From: Spirochaetia bacterium
GTDB lineage: Bacteria > Spirochaetota > Spirochaetia > DSM-2461
DNA length: 64,000 nt
Direction of reading: 5' to 3'
Assembly: GCA_963668315.1 (NCBI GenBank)
Contig: OY764216.1
Coordinates: forward strand, 4,544,001 to 4,608,000
Numbering within the stretch: position 1 is the first letter of the stretch; each line of letters starts with the position of its first letter. The position numbers and the translations under genes are program-made. This document shows positions 40,545 through 49,189 of this stretch, piece after piece. The notes beneath the pieces are model-generated. The model made no database searches. It worked only from the letters and a program-made list of their open reading frames with translations, and was not told the origin of the DNA.

Positions 40545-41111
40545 TTACCTTTCCAGAATCTCGGCGAGCTTTTCGGCTCCTTTCCAGAAGATATCGGAAG
40601 TATGGCGGGAGAGATCATCAAGGGGCAGATCAATCCTGCCTTCGAACCAGGAGAAATAGGCGGCGATAACGCCGCCGCTCAGGTATTCCGCATACAGGCC
40701 CATCTTCTTCTCATTGCCCCCTTTTCCTTTAGCGGCGATGATCCGACGGAAGAGTTCTTTCATGTCATAAACAAAGACATGGTAGAAATCCGTCACGACA
40801 AGTCTTCTGTAAAAATCGATATTGTTTTCGATTTCCCTGTTCAGGGAGACGAAGAGATCGCCCACGCTTGACGAATCGGTGATAAAATCGTTTCTGTAAA
40901 ATATCCCCTCAAGATTCTTCAGTATGGCTTCTTCGATTTCTGTCATGACATCATGGACCGAATCATAGTGGCTGTAAAAGGTTTTCCTGCTGATTCTCGC
41001 TTGGGAGGCGACTTCCGAGATAGATATGTCGCCGATGTTCTTTTCCATGAAGATTCCCAAAACGGTTTCTCTGATATTCTCCTTTGTTTTCTCGACTCTC
41101 AAATCGCTCAT
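40545..41111 (-). CDS. TetR/AcrR-family regulator
   Basis: DLRVEKTK; HTH ISRKTFYSHY. Confidence 0.92.
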   Translation of the reverse strand: MSDLRVEKTKENIRETVLGIFMEKNIGDISISEVASQARISRKTFYSHYDSVHDVMTEIEEAILKNLEGIFYRNDFITDSSSVGDLFVSLNREIENNIDFYRRLVVTDFYHVFVYDMKELFRRIIAAKGKGGNEKKMGLYAEYLSGGVIAAYFSWFEGRIDLPLDDLSRHTSDIFWKGAEKLAEILER

Positions 41112-41695
41112 TGCCGGATAGCCTCCCCGTATAAACCGTCGGAACCAATCCGGCTTCGGTCAAAAATCTCCTGGGCTATGAGGGACAAAGTTTCTATGGG
41201 AATATTCCTCTCGCCGACAAGCCAGTTGTTATACACCGATATAATGCCCGCTGAGGCATACTCGGCACAAATATCGCCAACATCGGGATTGATGTCACTA
41301 TCGGCGGGAAAAATAGATAACAGAGCCTTCTTCAAAAGCCCTTTAAAACGAAGAAGGAAGAAATTATACGATGGAGACCGACAAACATGCCTGAAAAACA
41401 CCTGATTCTTCAGGGTAATGGCATTCAGACCATTGAAAAAACGAGATACGCTGAACTGGTCCATCTCCGCCAGAAGACTCTGAACGTCTTCCTCCAGGTC
41501 CGACACGATCTCATCGATCAGATCTCCCACGGAAGAGTAATGGGCATAGAAAGTTTTCCTGTCTATCTCGGCCCTCCGGGCGATAGCCGAGATAGTAATG
41601 GATGACAGATCATTTTCCAGCATTAGCTCGTGAAACACTTCACGGATTCTTCTTTTCGTCTTGACGACCCGCTTATCTCCACAAAAGTTCCCCAT
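41108..41695 (-). CDS. TetR/AcrR-family regulator
   Basis: DKRVVKTK; HTH IDRKTFYAHY. Confidence 0.92.
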   Translation of the reverse strand: MGNFCGDKRVVKTKRRIREVFHELMLENDLSSITISAIARRAEIDRKTFYAHYSSVGDLIDEIVSDLEEDVQSLLAEMDQFSVSRFFNGLNAITLKNQVFFRHVCRSPSYNFFLLRFKGLLKKALLSIFPADSDINPDVGDICAEYASAGIISVYNNWLVGERNIPIETLSLIAQEIFDRSRIGSDGLYGEAIRQ

Positions 41696-41808
41696 CTGTG
41701 GAATATTCCCTATTTACGGGATTTTTGTCAATTGCCCCTCCGGGAATCCCCCCTTATATTGTCAGCGTCTTTCGACAAAGGAATTATATATCATCGGAGG
41801 TATCCATT

Positions 41809-42564
41809 TTGGACAAACTAATCGCCATTTATCCTTCGCCCTATTCCCTGGAAGATTTTATCAGGGCCTTTAATCCGGATAACGGACAATTCATTTTATT
41901 ACTGATCGTTTCAGGGCTGACGTTTCTCTTCGGCTTTCTGGAATACATCTACAGCTTCCTTCTGGTAAGGAAGGACAAGAGCGCTCCCTTTCCCCCGTGG
42001 ATGCACACGTTCTATTTAGCCCATGACAGCATGGGAATCTTCGTATTTTTCTCCGCCTCAAAAGAGGTAGGCGGGTTCTGGTTCTTCGACGCCGCAGCCC
42101 TCTCCCTCGTCGTCTGGAATCTCTTCGAAGTCTACAATCTGTATAAATGCGTTACCACGGAACGGCAGGATTTGTGGGGACACCTCTACGAAGAACCAGT
42201 GACCCTGGCAAACGCGTTGATAAAAATCGTTGGACAGATCCTAATCTTCATAGGAATCGTCCATGTCTTAAGGATATTCATGCATGACAGCGCCATGTAC
42301 CAGTGGTTCCTCTTCACCAATGTCGTGATGGCCATCGTCCCCGGCCTCTACTGGGAGAAGAGGAAGTCCAGGAAGGGTACATCCCTTCCCCTAGCGATTG
42401 TGATCCTTCTTGGGACAGTCATCACTTTCCAGCCTTGGAGCATGTGGGCCCTGGTCAGCAATTATTTTTCAATGGGAGAGAATCCCTGGCTAATCTTTCT
42501 TGGTGCCGTATGTATTGGCAGCGCGGTGAGGAATATTATTGTACTCAAAAAACTTCCCAAATGA
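41809..42564 (+). CDS. Integral membrane protein resembling Pyr4/PaxB-type membrane terpene cyclases
   Basis: TTG start after GGAGG; YIYSFLLVRKDKSAPFP...AHD; ~7 TM segments. The family resemblance is tentative. Confidence 0.55.
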   Translation: MDKLIAIYPSPYSLEDFIRAFNPDNGQFILLLIVSGLTFLFGFLEYIYSFLLVRKDKSAPFPPWMHTFYLAHDSMGIFVFFSASKEVGGFWFFDAAALSLVVWNLFEVYNLYKCVTTERQDLWGHLYEEPVTLANALIKIVGQILIFIGIVHVLRIFMHDSAMYQWFLFTNVVMAIVPGLYWEKRKSRKGTSLPLAIVILLGTVITFQPWSMWALVSNYFSMGENPWLIFLGAVCIGSAVRNIIVLKKLPK

Positions 42565-42731
42565 CCTCAAGTGTAATAAATAAAATGAAAAAAATGGAGA
42601 ATCAGTTATACTTCTCACTACAATCAGCGTCGAAAACCTGTCATGAGAAATAATCATAAAAGAATCAGTCTTTCATATAAAGTAGCTCATGCCTTCTTTT
42701 CATAATTTCAGGATCACTATCTTTATAAAAT

Positions 42732-43049
42732 TCGCGAGTAATAGTAATGCTATACAACGAATCTATATCATTTTAAAAGAAGTGATATTGAGAATCCCGT
42801 AACTCTCTCCAACAGTCTTAGACCGGAAGTTTTCCGGTCTTCTATTATAAATGGGAACCTTTGATATATCGGTCTCAATTCTAGGAATGAAATAGATCCA
42901 ATAATTCCTCTTTATTGTTTACTGAATCATATAGATTCAACATATACTTATTATCTATTTCTGAACGATGAAAGCTCAAAGAATGATTAGCGGAATTATA
43001 AGTAATATTATCTGAGTTTGAAATTAATACAAATACTACCGCAGTACAT
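42732..43049 (+). repeat. ~320-bp direct repeat, copy 2
   Basis: Aligns to 29123-29441. Confidence 0.92.
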
Positions 43050-43309
43050 ATCTTCAGTGCTTTCTCGTTTTTTAAAACATCATCTGTAGTATTAATTACT
43101 AAACAATAGGGTTCTTCATCAGTCTTAAGGTAAAAACCATTGTATTCAAGTTCTAGTAGGGACAGAATGTTTCCAATAGCGGCTGCATTACCAATATATG
43201 ACCCTTTATATTCCATTAACAAATCATATGTATCTTTTTCATTCCCAGAATCAAAACATCCAGCCAATAGAACAAGCATAAAAACAATCAATAGAGAATA
43301 TCTTTTCAT
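42881..43309 (-). CDS. DUF4825-like lipoprotein
   Basis: Lipobox LLAGC; YKGSYIGNAAAI...LKTDEEPY. Confidence 0.75.
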   Translation of the reverse strand: MKRYSLLIVFMLVLLAGCFDSGNEKDTYDLLMEYKGSYIGNAAAIGNILSLLELEYNGFYLKTDEEPYCLVINTTDDVLKNEKALKICTAVVFVLISNSDNITYNSANHSLSFHRSEIDNKYMLNLYDSVNNKEELLDLFHS

Positions 43310-43511
43310 GATTATATTTTACAACTTTTCTATTATTGATAATAGTATGGGAAGAATAATACTTCCCCTATTACACCAAGAAAATGACACCAAAATTCAG
43401 GTATAATATGATATCTATTGACATCATCTGCTATTTTATTTCCCCTCCCCTCTTCCCTAAATCGAAACATATGCTATAATTAGACAACACTTGATAGAAA
43501 TGCAGGACGGC

Positions 43512-43553
43512 CTCATAACCCGAAGGCCGGAGGTTCGAGTCCTTCCCCTGCTA
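43512..43553 (+). tRNA. 3' half of a tRNA-Met(CAT), initiator-like; probable att-site fragment rather than a complete tRNA
   Basis: CTCATAA-CCCGA-AGGCC-GGAGG-TTCGAGT-CCTTC-CCCTGCTA; no D-arm or canonical 5' half upstream. Confidence 0.85.
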
Positions 43554-43560
43554 AATTATT

Positions 43561-43593
43561 AAAGAGTAAGGTTTTAACCTTACTCTTTTTTTT
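43561..43593 (+). terminator. Intrinsic terminator
   Basis: aaagagtaaggtt-tt-aaccttactcttt followed by a long T tract. Confidence 0.85.
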
Positions 43594-43646
43594 GTTATAA
43601 TCACACAGTTAGGTCGAAATCTGACAGTATTAGTGACAACAGAAAC

Positions 43647-43785
43647 GGGGGAAAGGCTCGAAACGCAAGAAGCGCCGACCCGTGGGAGGAAGAGCGCACA
43701 GGACGTGCGCGGCAGCGACTGGAGGCGCCTGGAGCGAGGAAGCAGGATGCTGACGAGTGCAAGGCGAGTCCTTCCCCTGCTAAAT
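43647..43785 (+). repeat. GC-rich tRNA-linked repeat ending in a second copy of the tRNA 3' end
   Basis: cgagtccttcccctgctaaat at 43765-43785 is identical to 43536-43556. It pairs with ggggaaaggctcg at the start of the element. Confidence 0.75.
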
Positions 43786-43941
43786 ATTATTATTTCTTTT
43801 GTAGAAAAGAAATATGATACTAACTACCGGAAGACCAGCGTTTCTATCAAAATCCAGTTACACCAAGAATGACACCAAAACCATTCTTGTAAGGGAGTTG
43901 ATATGAACCGCCGGTCTTTCTATTTATACCGACGAAATTCC

Positions 43942-45240
43942 GATAAAGCAACCCTTTTGTCTGTAAAATCAGAAAAGGTTAATCAGTCTCCATATTCAAG
44001 TATCGCTTGCCAGTAAGCCATTGTTCATCTATTTCCATTAACAGAGCGGCTATCAAACGATCAACGGATTTCCTGTTTGGAAATATCATGGCTACCCTTG
44101 TTCTCCTCTTTATTTCTTTCATCTGGCGTTCTGCCAGATTTGAAGTTCTTAACCGTCGCCAGTGAGTCCTTGGCATTGAAAATACAGTCAGAGATTCTGG
44201 GATATTTTCATCCATCCAGCGGCTCAGATTGGGTGCGGTTACTTCATATTTTTTCACAGCCATGGAAAGAAAGCGTTTTGCTTCTACCCCATTGGGGGCG
44301 TTAAAAATAGTTCTGATATCTTCTGCTACCTCCTTTTCCATGCTTTTCTTAGGGACATGGTGGGATGCATTCTGTTGGAGATGAAACTGACAACGCCGCC
44401 AGGGGACCGTAGGAAAAACGGCCTCTATTGCCAATTTCAGACCACTGTGTGCATCAGAGGTTATTATTCTGATTCCATGCAGTCCTCGATCAACCTGTCC
44501 AGACAGAAACTTTCTCCAATGAACATCAGCCTCGCTGAGTTCTGTTGAAATCCCAAGAACTCTTCTCATCCCTTTATTATCAATACCATAGGCAATTAGA
44601 ACAGCAGCAGAGACCACCGCTCTATCAACACGAGCTTTTTCGTAAGTGGCATCTACAATGAGATAGCGGAAAGCTCCCAGTGGACGATTCGCCATTTGGA
44701 AATTTCCTCATCTAGCATGGTCGTTGCCTCTGACACCTGAGATTGAGAAACCTCGAAACCGCAGAGCTGCTCAACAATTTTAGTTACTCGGCGAGTGGAT
44801 ACGCCTTGAATTACATCTGAGCAATGGCCATTTTCAGCGCTCTTTCGCTACGGCACCCCTTTTCAATACTGCCTGGATAGAATTCCATCCCGCGGACCTG
44901 TGGTATCTCGATAGGGATCTCGCCGACTCGAGTCCGAATCTTCCTGCTCTTGTACCCGTTTCTATGGCCAATACGATCGTCATTCCGTTCATAATGACTG
45001 GCTTTAATTGCCTTTTCTTGCTCTAACCGCATGGATAAATTCATTATTGAACTTATGACCTTTGTTAATCCTTCTCTATTATCTGCCTGGAGATCTTCAA
45101 TCATCTGATCGAAAACGCTATAATAATCTTCGTTAGTCATGATGCCTCAATTTGTTTTTCGTCGAACTAATCGAAGACTGATTGACTAACTTTTTCAAGC
45201 CCCCTTTATTTCTAATTTACAGACAGAATTGTACACTAGC
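43942..45240 (-). mobile_element. IS256-family element (degenerate)
   Basis: Imperfect IRs gataaagcaacccttttgtctgtaaa and gctagtgtacaattctgtctgtaaa; no target duplication seen. Confidence 0.85.
43979..45140 (-). pseudogene. IS256 transposase with two frameshifts
   Basis: RNGYKSR...QGVSTRRV...VDATYEK...SDAHSGL...RCQFH...RTSN; frameshifts near 44812 and 44690. Confidence 0.9.
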
Positions 45241-45429
45241 CCCTACTCCACAAGAGATTCCTCTGGCTATTCTCTCCGTATTGTCCATTCGGGAAGAGTT
45301 AAACCATTAATCCTTTACCCATCTTTTTAGAAAAAGCCTACTAACAGCGGTTTAATATCCGCCAGCAAGAATAGACAATAATGGCCTGCTACTAAGCAGG
45401 AAATTATACAACTAACGGAAGAAAAGCAA

Positions 45430-45927
45430 TCAGATCTCATCCATAATCTGTTTTGTCCAGTCAGATATTCGATCATCACTCAAATCGGCCTGATTATCTT
45501 CATCGAGAGCCAGGCCGATGAAAGCACCACCTTTCACGGCTTTTGATTCTGTAAAATGATACCCATCAGAAGACCAGGCGCCAATGAAATTGGCTCCCGT
45601 TCCGGACAGGGATTCGTAAAGGATTCCCATGGCGTCTACATAAGTATCTTCATAACTTTCCTGATCTCCCAATCCGAAAAATCCAACTTTCTTCCCGTTC
45701 AGGTCCAGTTTACCCAGATCCCCAGATATAGCCTCCCAGTCATCCTGCAAATCCCCGAATCCCCATGTGGATGTCCCCATAAGAACCACATCATAACCGC
45801 TTAACTGAGAAAGGGAATTTCTATCGGCCCCCATTAGATCAGCGTCTCCCAGAGCAGCTTGAATTCTCTCCGCAGCCTGCTGAGTGTTACCTGTGGTAGA
45901 TCCATAAATAATTGCAATTCTTGACAT
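45430..45927 (-). CDS. fldA: Long-chain flavodoxin
   Basis: YGSTTGNT, TSTWGFGDLQDDW and GLALDEDNQ motifs. Confidence 0.92.
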   Translation of the reverse strand: MSRIAIIYGSTTGNTQQAAERIQAALGDADLMGADRNSLSQLSGYDVVLMGTSTWGFGDLQDDWEAISGDLGKLDLNGKKVGFFGLGDQESYEDTYVDAMGILYESLSGTGANFIGAWSSDGYHFTESKAVKGGAFIGLALDEDNQADLSDDRISDWTKQIMDEI

Positions 45928-45939
45928 TATATACTCCTC

Positions 45940-46278
45940 TTATACTACCCTCTTAAAAGAGGGAATTGTTTTTCTTTTCAAATATCGCTGACATTGCTGC
46001 AAGCGGCCATAACCAAGCATGGTTCCGAGAATAAAATCTTCTTCGCATGTGAATTCATTCAGAGGCTTATAGCCGAAGCTGGTGATAATATCCACACAAG
46101 CCTGTTCCCCAAAAAAGATATTTATTTTCTTATTGCTTAATTTCCGGATAAGGTAAGGAATCTTGTTCTGAATAAGTTTTTTCTCAGCCTGCTCTTCATA
46201 GGGAGAAGGTAATGTATGAAGGACAAGACTTCTCAATCCTTTTTTATATTCGTATATATGATGATAAAATACTTTCAT
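45940..46278 (-). CDS. DUF2023-family protein
   Basis: HHIYEYKKGLR...EEDFILGTMLGY...QCQRY; lies upstream of the flavodoxin gene. Confidence 0.85.
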   Translation of the reverse strand: MKVFYHHIYEYKKGLRSLVLHTLPSPYEEQAEKKLIQNKIPYLIRKLSNKKINIFFGEQACVDIITSFGYKPLNEFTCEEDFILGTMLGYGRLQQCQRYLKRKTIPSFKRVV

Positions 46279-46290
46279 AATCTCCTCCCC

Positions 46291-46347
46291 AAAAAACAAA
46301 AAGTGGTCTCCTTTACCACAATCTGTCGGAGACTCCCTTTACACCCG
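46291..46347 (-). ncRNA. Candidate riboswitch/attenuator in the DUF2023-fldA leader
   Basis: CGGGTG...GTCTCC...GTGGT-AAA-GGAGACCAC followed by a U tract; two overlapping helices. Confidence 0.5.
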
Positions 46348-46463
46348 TAACAAGATCATACATATTTACAGGTATTTTAGCATATCTACCTTTATTAGTC
46401 TATCCTATTTTTTATTATTATTTATACATGCCACACTATGATATTCTATATTAACATTATTAG

Positions 46464-46492
46464 TTGACACTATATTTTATTTAACATAAGAT
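46464..46492 (+). promoter_or_regulatory. Sigma70-like promoter of the iron ABC operon
   Basis: TTGACA-N17-TAAGAT. Confidence 0.6.
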
Positions 46493-46539
46493 CTTTGCAA
46501 TAATCTATTCTAATTTATTAAATATAAGGAGAATTTCTT

Positions 46540-47562
46540 ATGGAAAAACCTATCCTACTATTAGGGCTGATGCTCCCCTGCCTGCTCTTTTCCAACGGTC
46601 AGTCAGAGAAGTATTTTGGAGAAGCAGGTAAAATCACCGCCTACATTTCCGGTCCAGAGAATATGCTTAAAGCCCTTGAAGCAGCCTTCGAAGAAGACCG
46701 GGGAGATGTTATCGATTTTGTACAAATGGGCTGTGGTCCGCTCAGGCAGAGGATCTGGGCGGAGTGGGAATCGGGGCAAATACGAGCTGATCTATTTTGG
46801 GGATCGGATCCTCTTATCTATAACAGGCTTGACGATGAGGGAGCCCTGGAAGAGTATCATTCTCCTGCCCTGGATATGGTTAAGGAGGATTACCAGACGG
46901 AAAGGAACTATACATTTGTCAGCGAAAGATACGGAGTTATTATCTATAACGAGGATCTCCTTGCCGAAAATCCCGTTCCTGTCTCCTACAATTCTCTCCT
47001 CGAAGCTCAGTACAAGAACCTGGTCATTCAAGCCGATCCCGCCCAATCTTCTACCGCTTTAGCCATTACAGCCTGTCTCTGGTTAATGAAGGGAGAAAAT
47101 TGGGATTTCTACAAAGGACTGGTGGAGAATCAGTCCCTTATGCTGGCCAAAAAGAACAGCGACGTTCCTTCCCGCATACAAGAGGGAGAGTTCCTGGCAG
47201 GTATTGCACCCCACGATGCGGTGCTGAGGCTGCAGAAGAAGGCAAAGAGCGAGGGTTATCCCATGCCGCTTAAGATATCCTGGCCCCAAGAAGGAGCCAT
47301 GGCCATCGTACGGCCCATCGCTATCAGTAAAAATGAGGCCCGTCCGGAAGTCAACAAACAGCTGACCCATGAATTTATAGACTTTCTACTTAGCCAGCAG
47401 GCGCAAAAAATTACTTCAAATTCCGGATTCGTCAGTGTGAGAAAAGATATTCCCGCACCCGTGTGGCTTCCTGAAAGTACAGTAATAAACAGAATGGACT
47501 GGGAATTCCTCGGTGAAAATCAGGAAGAAGTGAGACAGAGTTTCAATGCTCTTTTTGAATAA
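46540..47562 (+). CDS. Fe3+/AfuA-like ABC substrate-binding protein
   Basis: Signal peptide; ADLFWG, DPAQSST and FIDFLLS motifs. Confidence 0.85.
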   Translation: MEKPILLLGLMLPCLLFSNGQSEKYFGEAGKITAYISGPENMLKALEAAFEEDRGDVIDFVQMGCGPLRQRIWAEWESGQIRADLFWGSDPLIYNRLDDEGALEEYHSPALDMVKEDYQTERNYTFVSERYGVIIYNEDLLAENPVPVSYNSLLEAQYKNLVIQADPAQSSTALAITACLWLMKGENWDFYKGLVENQSLMLAKKNSDVPSRIQEGEFLAGIAPHDAVLRLQKKAKSEGYPMPLKISWPQEGAMAIVRPIAISKNEARPEVNKQLTHEFIDFLLSQQAQKITSNSGFVSVRKDIPAPVWLPESTVINRMDWEFLGENQEEVRQSFNALFE

Positions 47563-49189
47563 GAAAAAGAGACATCCGACGGTATTGCTTCCTGTTGTCA
47601 TATTTCTCTGCCTTTTTATTATATATCCCCTTTTCCGACTCTTTCTGGAATCTCTCGGAGAGGGGATCTTAACTTGGGATAGAAGTGTAACAGTAGCGGT
47701 TCTTAATACTCTTGCAGTCAGTACGCTAACGACAATCCTGACGATTTCCCTATCCGCCCCCCTGGCATGGCTTACAGCGCGAACGGATATTCCCGGTAAA
47801 AAACTGATTGAAAAACAGGTATGGCTGACATTTTCCGTTCCCGCCTATATCCTGGGAATCGCATGGATCGAACTACTCGGAAGAAACGGTTACCTTTTTC
47901 GTCTACTGAAGGAAGGCATGAAATATTCCAATTGGTCTTTTCCCTGCTATTCCCTCGGTGCTGTTATTGTAATTCTCTCCATTCATCTTTACCCCCTCGT
48001 TTTTATGAGTTTGCTTCCTCTATTCAGGTATCAGGATCCTAACCGGGAACAGGCCGCGGCGCTTTGCGGTTTTCCGCCCCTATCCCGCTTTTTCAGGATA
48101 ACCCTTCCCCTGATATCCCCCGGTCTGACGGCGGCCGGCCTCATGGTTTTCTCCCGCAGTGCGGCTAATTTTTCCATCCCCGCCCTTCTCGCCCTTCCTA
48201 TAAGAAAGGAAGTGCTGACCACCAAAATCTTTTCGGCATTAAGCCGATTGGATGTGGGAAAAGCCTCTTTCTACTCTTTTGTGCTTATGGGGATCTCCGC
48301 CCTGCTTTTTATGTTTCAGCAAAAAATGCTGTTGGGAAAAAACTATACCTCCGAATCAAGAACCCAGAGGGAAGACATAGTAAAATTGGGGAAATTGCGG
48401 TATCCCCTTTTTTTTCTCCTATCCCTCTTCCAGTTTTCCACAGGAATACTCCCGGTGGCGGTTCTTATTATCTCTTCCTTTCTCAAAAGGTGGGGACTCC
48501 CGCTCACCAGAGAGTTTCTTACCTTACATAATTACAAAGCTCTTTTTTCCGGAGAAACCAAAGCACTGATGGCCCTGGGAAATAGTTTGACCTACGGTAT
48601 CATTGCGGTAATAATAGCGGGAACAGCGGCTCTTATCGTTTCCTACTATTCGGTTTATCATCCCTCGCGTATAACCGGATTCGCGGAAGGGACAGCCGGC
48701 CTTCCCCTGGCTGTTCCCAACATCGTTCTAGCCATGGGGGCTATTCTGTCCTGGAATAATTCAGTGTTTCCCCTTTACGGCACATCATGGGCCATTATTC
48801 TGACCTATGCGGCTCTTTTTTTACCTATAATGTTGAAAAATATCACCGGTCTTATGAATTCCATTAAAAAAAACACGATTCAGGCCGCCCGTCTTGCCGG
48901 CGCTAGTTCGTTCCGCTCTCTCTGGGACATTCTTATTCCCCTTCTCATCCCGGGATTGGAAGCGGGAGTAATGGTCTGCCTGCTGATTGCCCTTCGCGAA
49001 ATTCCCATATCCCTTATGCTTTACTCCTCGGGACAGGAAACTCTGGGGATACTTCTTTTCGGCATGCAATCCCAATCCTACGGATTAGAAATGACTTCAA
49101 CCCTGGCCGTTTTTATTATTGTACTAACGATGACCGGGCAGAGTCTGGGAAGGAAAATAAAAAAGAACATGAGGAAAATCTATGCTTAA
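47546..49189 (+). CDS. FbpB/AfuB-like ABC permease
   Basis: Duplicated permease domains with EQAAALCG and QAARLAGA loops. Confidence 0.88.
   Translation: MLFLNKKKRHPTVLLPVVIFLCLFIIYPLFRLFLESLGEGILTWDRSVTVAVLNTLAVSTLTTILTISLSAPLAWLTARTDIPGKKLIEKQVWLTFSVPAYILGIAWIELLGRNGYLFRLLKEGMKYSNWSFPCYSLGAVIVILSIHLYPLVFMSLLPLFRYQDPNREQAAALCGFPPLSRFFRITLPLISPGLTAAGLMVFSRSAANFSIPALLALPIRKEVLTTKIFSALSRLDVGKASFYSFVLMGISALLFMFQQKMLLGKNYTSESRTQREDIVKLGKLRYPLFFLLSLFQFSTGILPVAVLIISSFLKRWGLPLTREFLTLHNYKALFSGETKALMALGNSLTYGIIAVIIAGTAALIVSYYSVYHPSRITGFAEGTAGLPLAVPNIVLAMGAILSWNNSVFPLYGTSWAIILTYAALFLPIMLKNITGLMNSIKKNTIQAARLAGASSFRSLWDILIPLLIPGLEAGVMVCLLIALREIPISLMLYSSGQETLGILLFGMQSQSYGLEMTSTLAVFIIVLTMTGQSLGRKIKKNMRKIYA

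Noticed and set aside
41698..41808. N-terminal extension of the membrane protein
   Set aside because: It would leave no room for divergent promoters. A GGAGG RBS precedes TTG 41809.
43480..43553. Complete functional tRNA-Met gene
   Set aside because: No D-arm or canonical 5' acceptor strand, and the anticodon stem is mismatched.
43633..43872. 79-aa ORF
   Set aside because: It coincides with the structured tRNA-linked repeat and has no RBS or protein motif.
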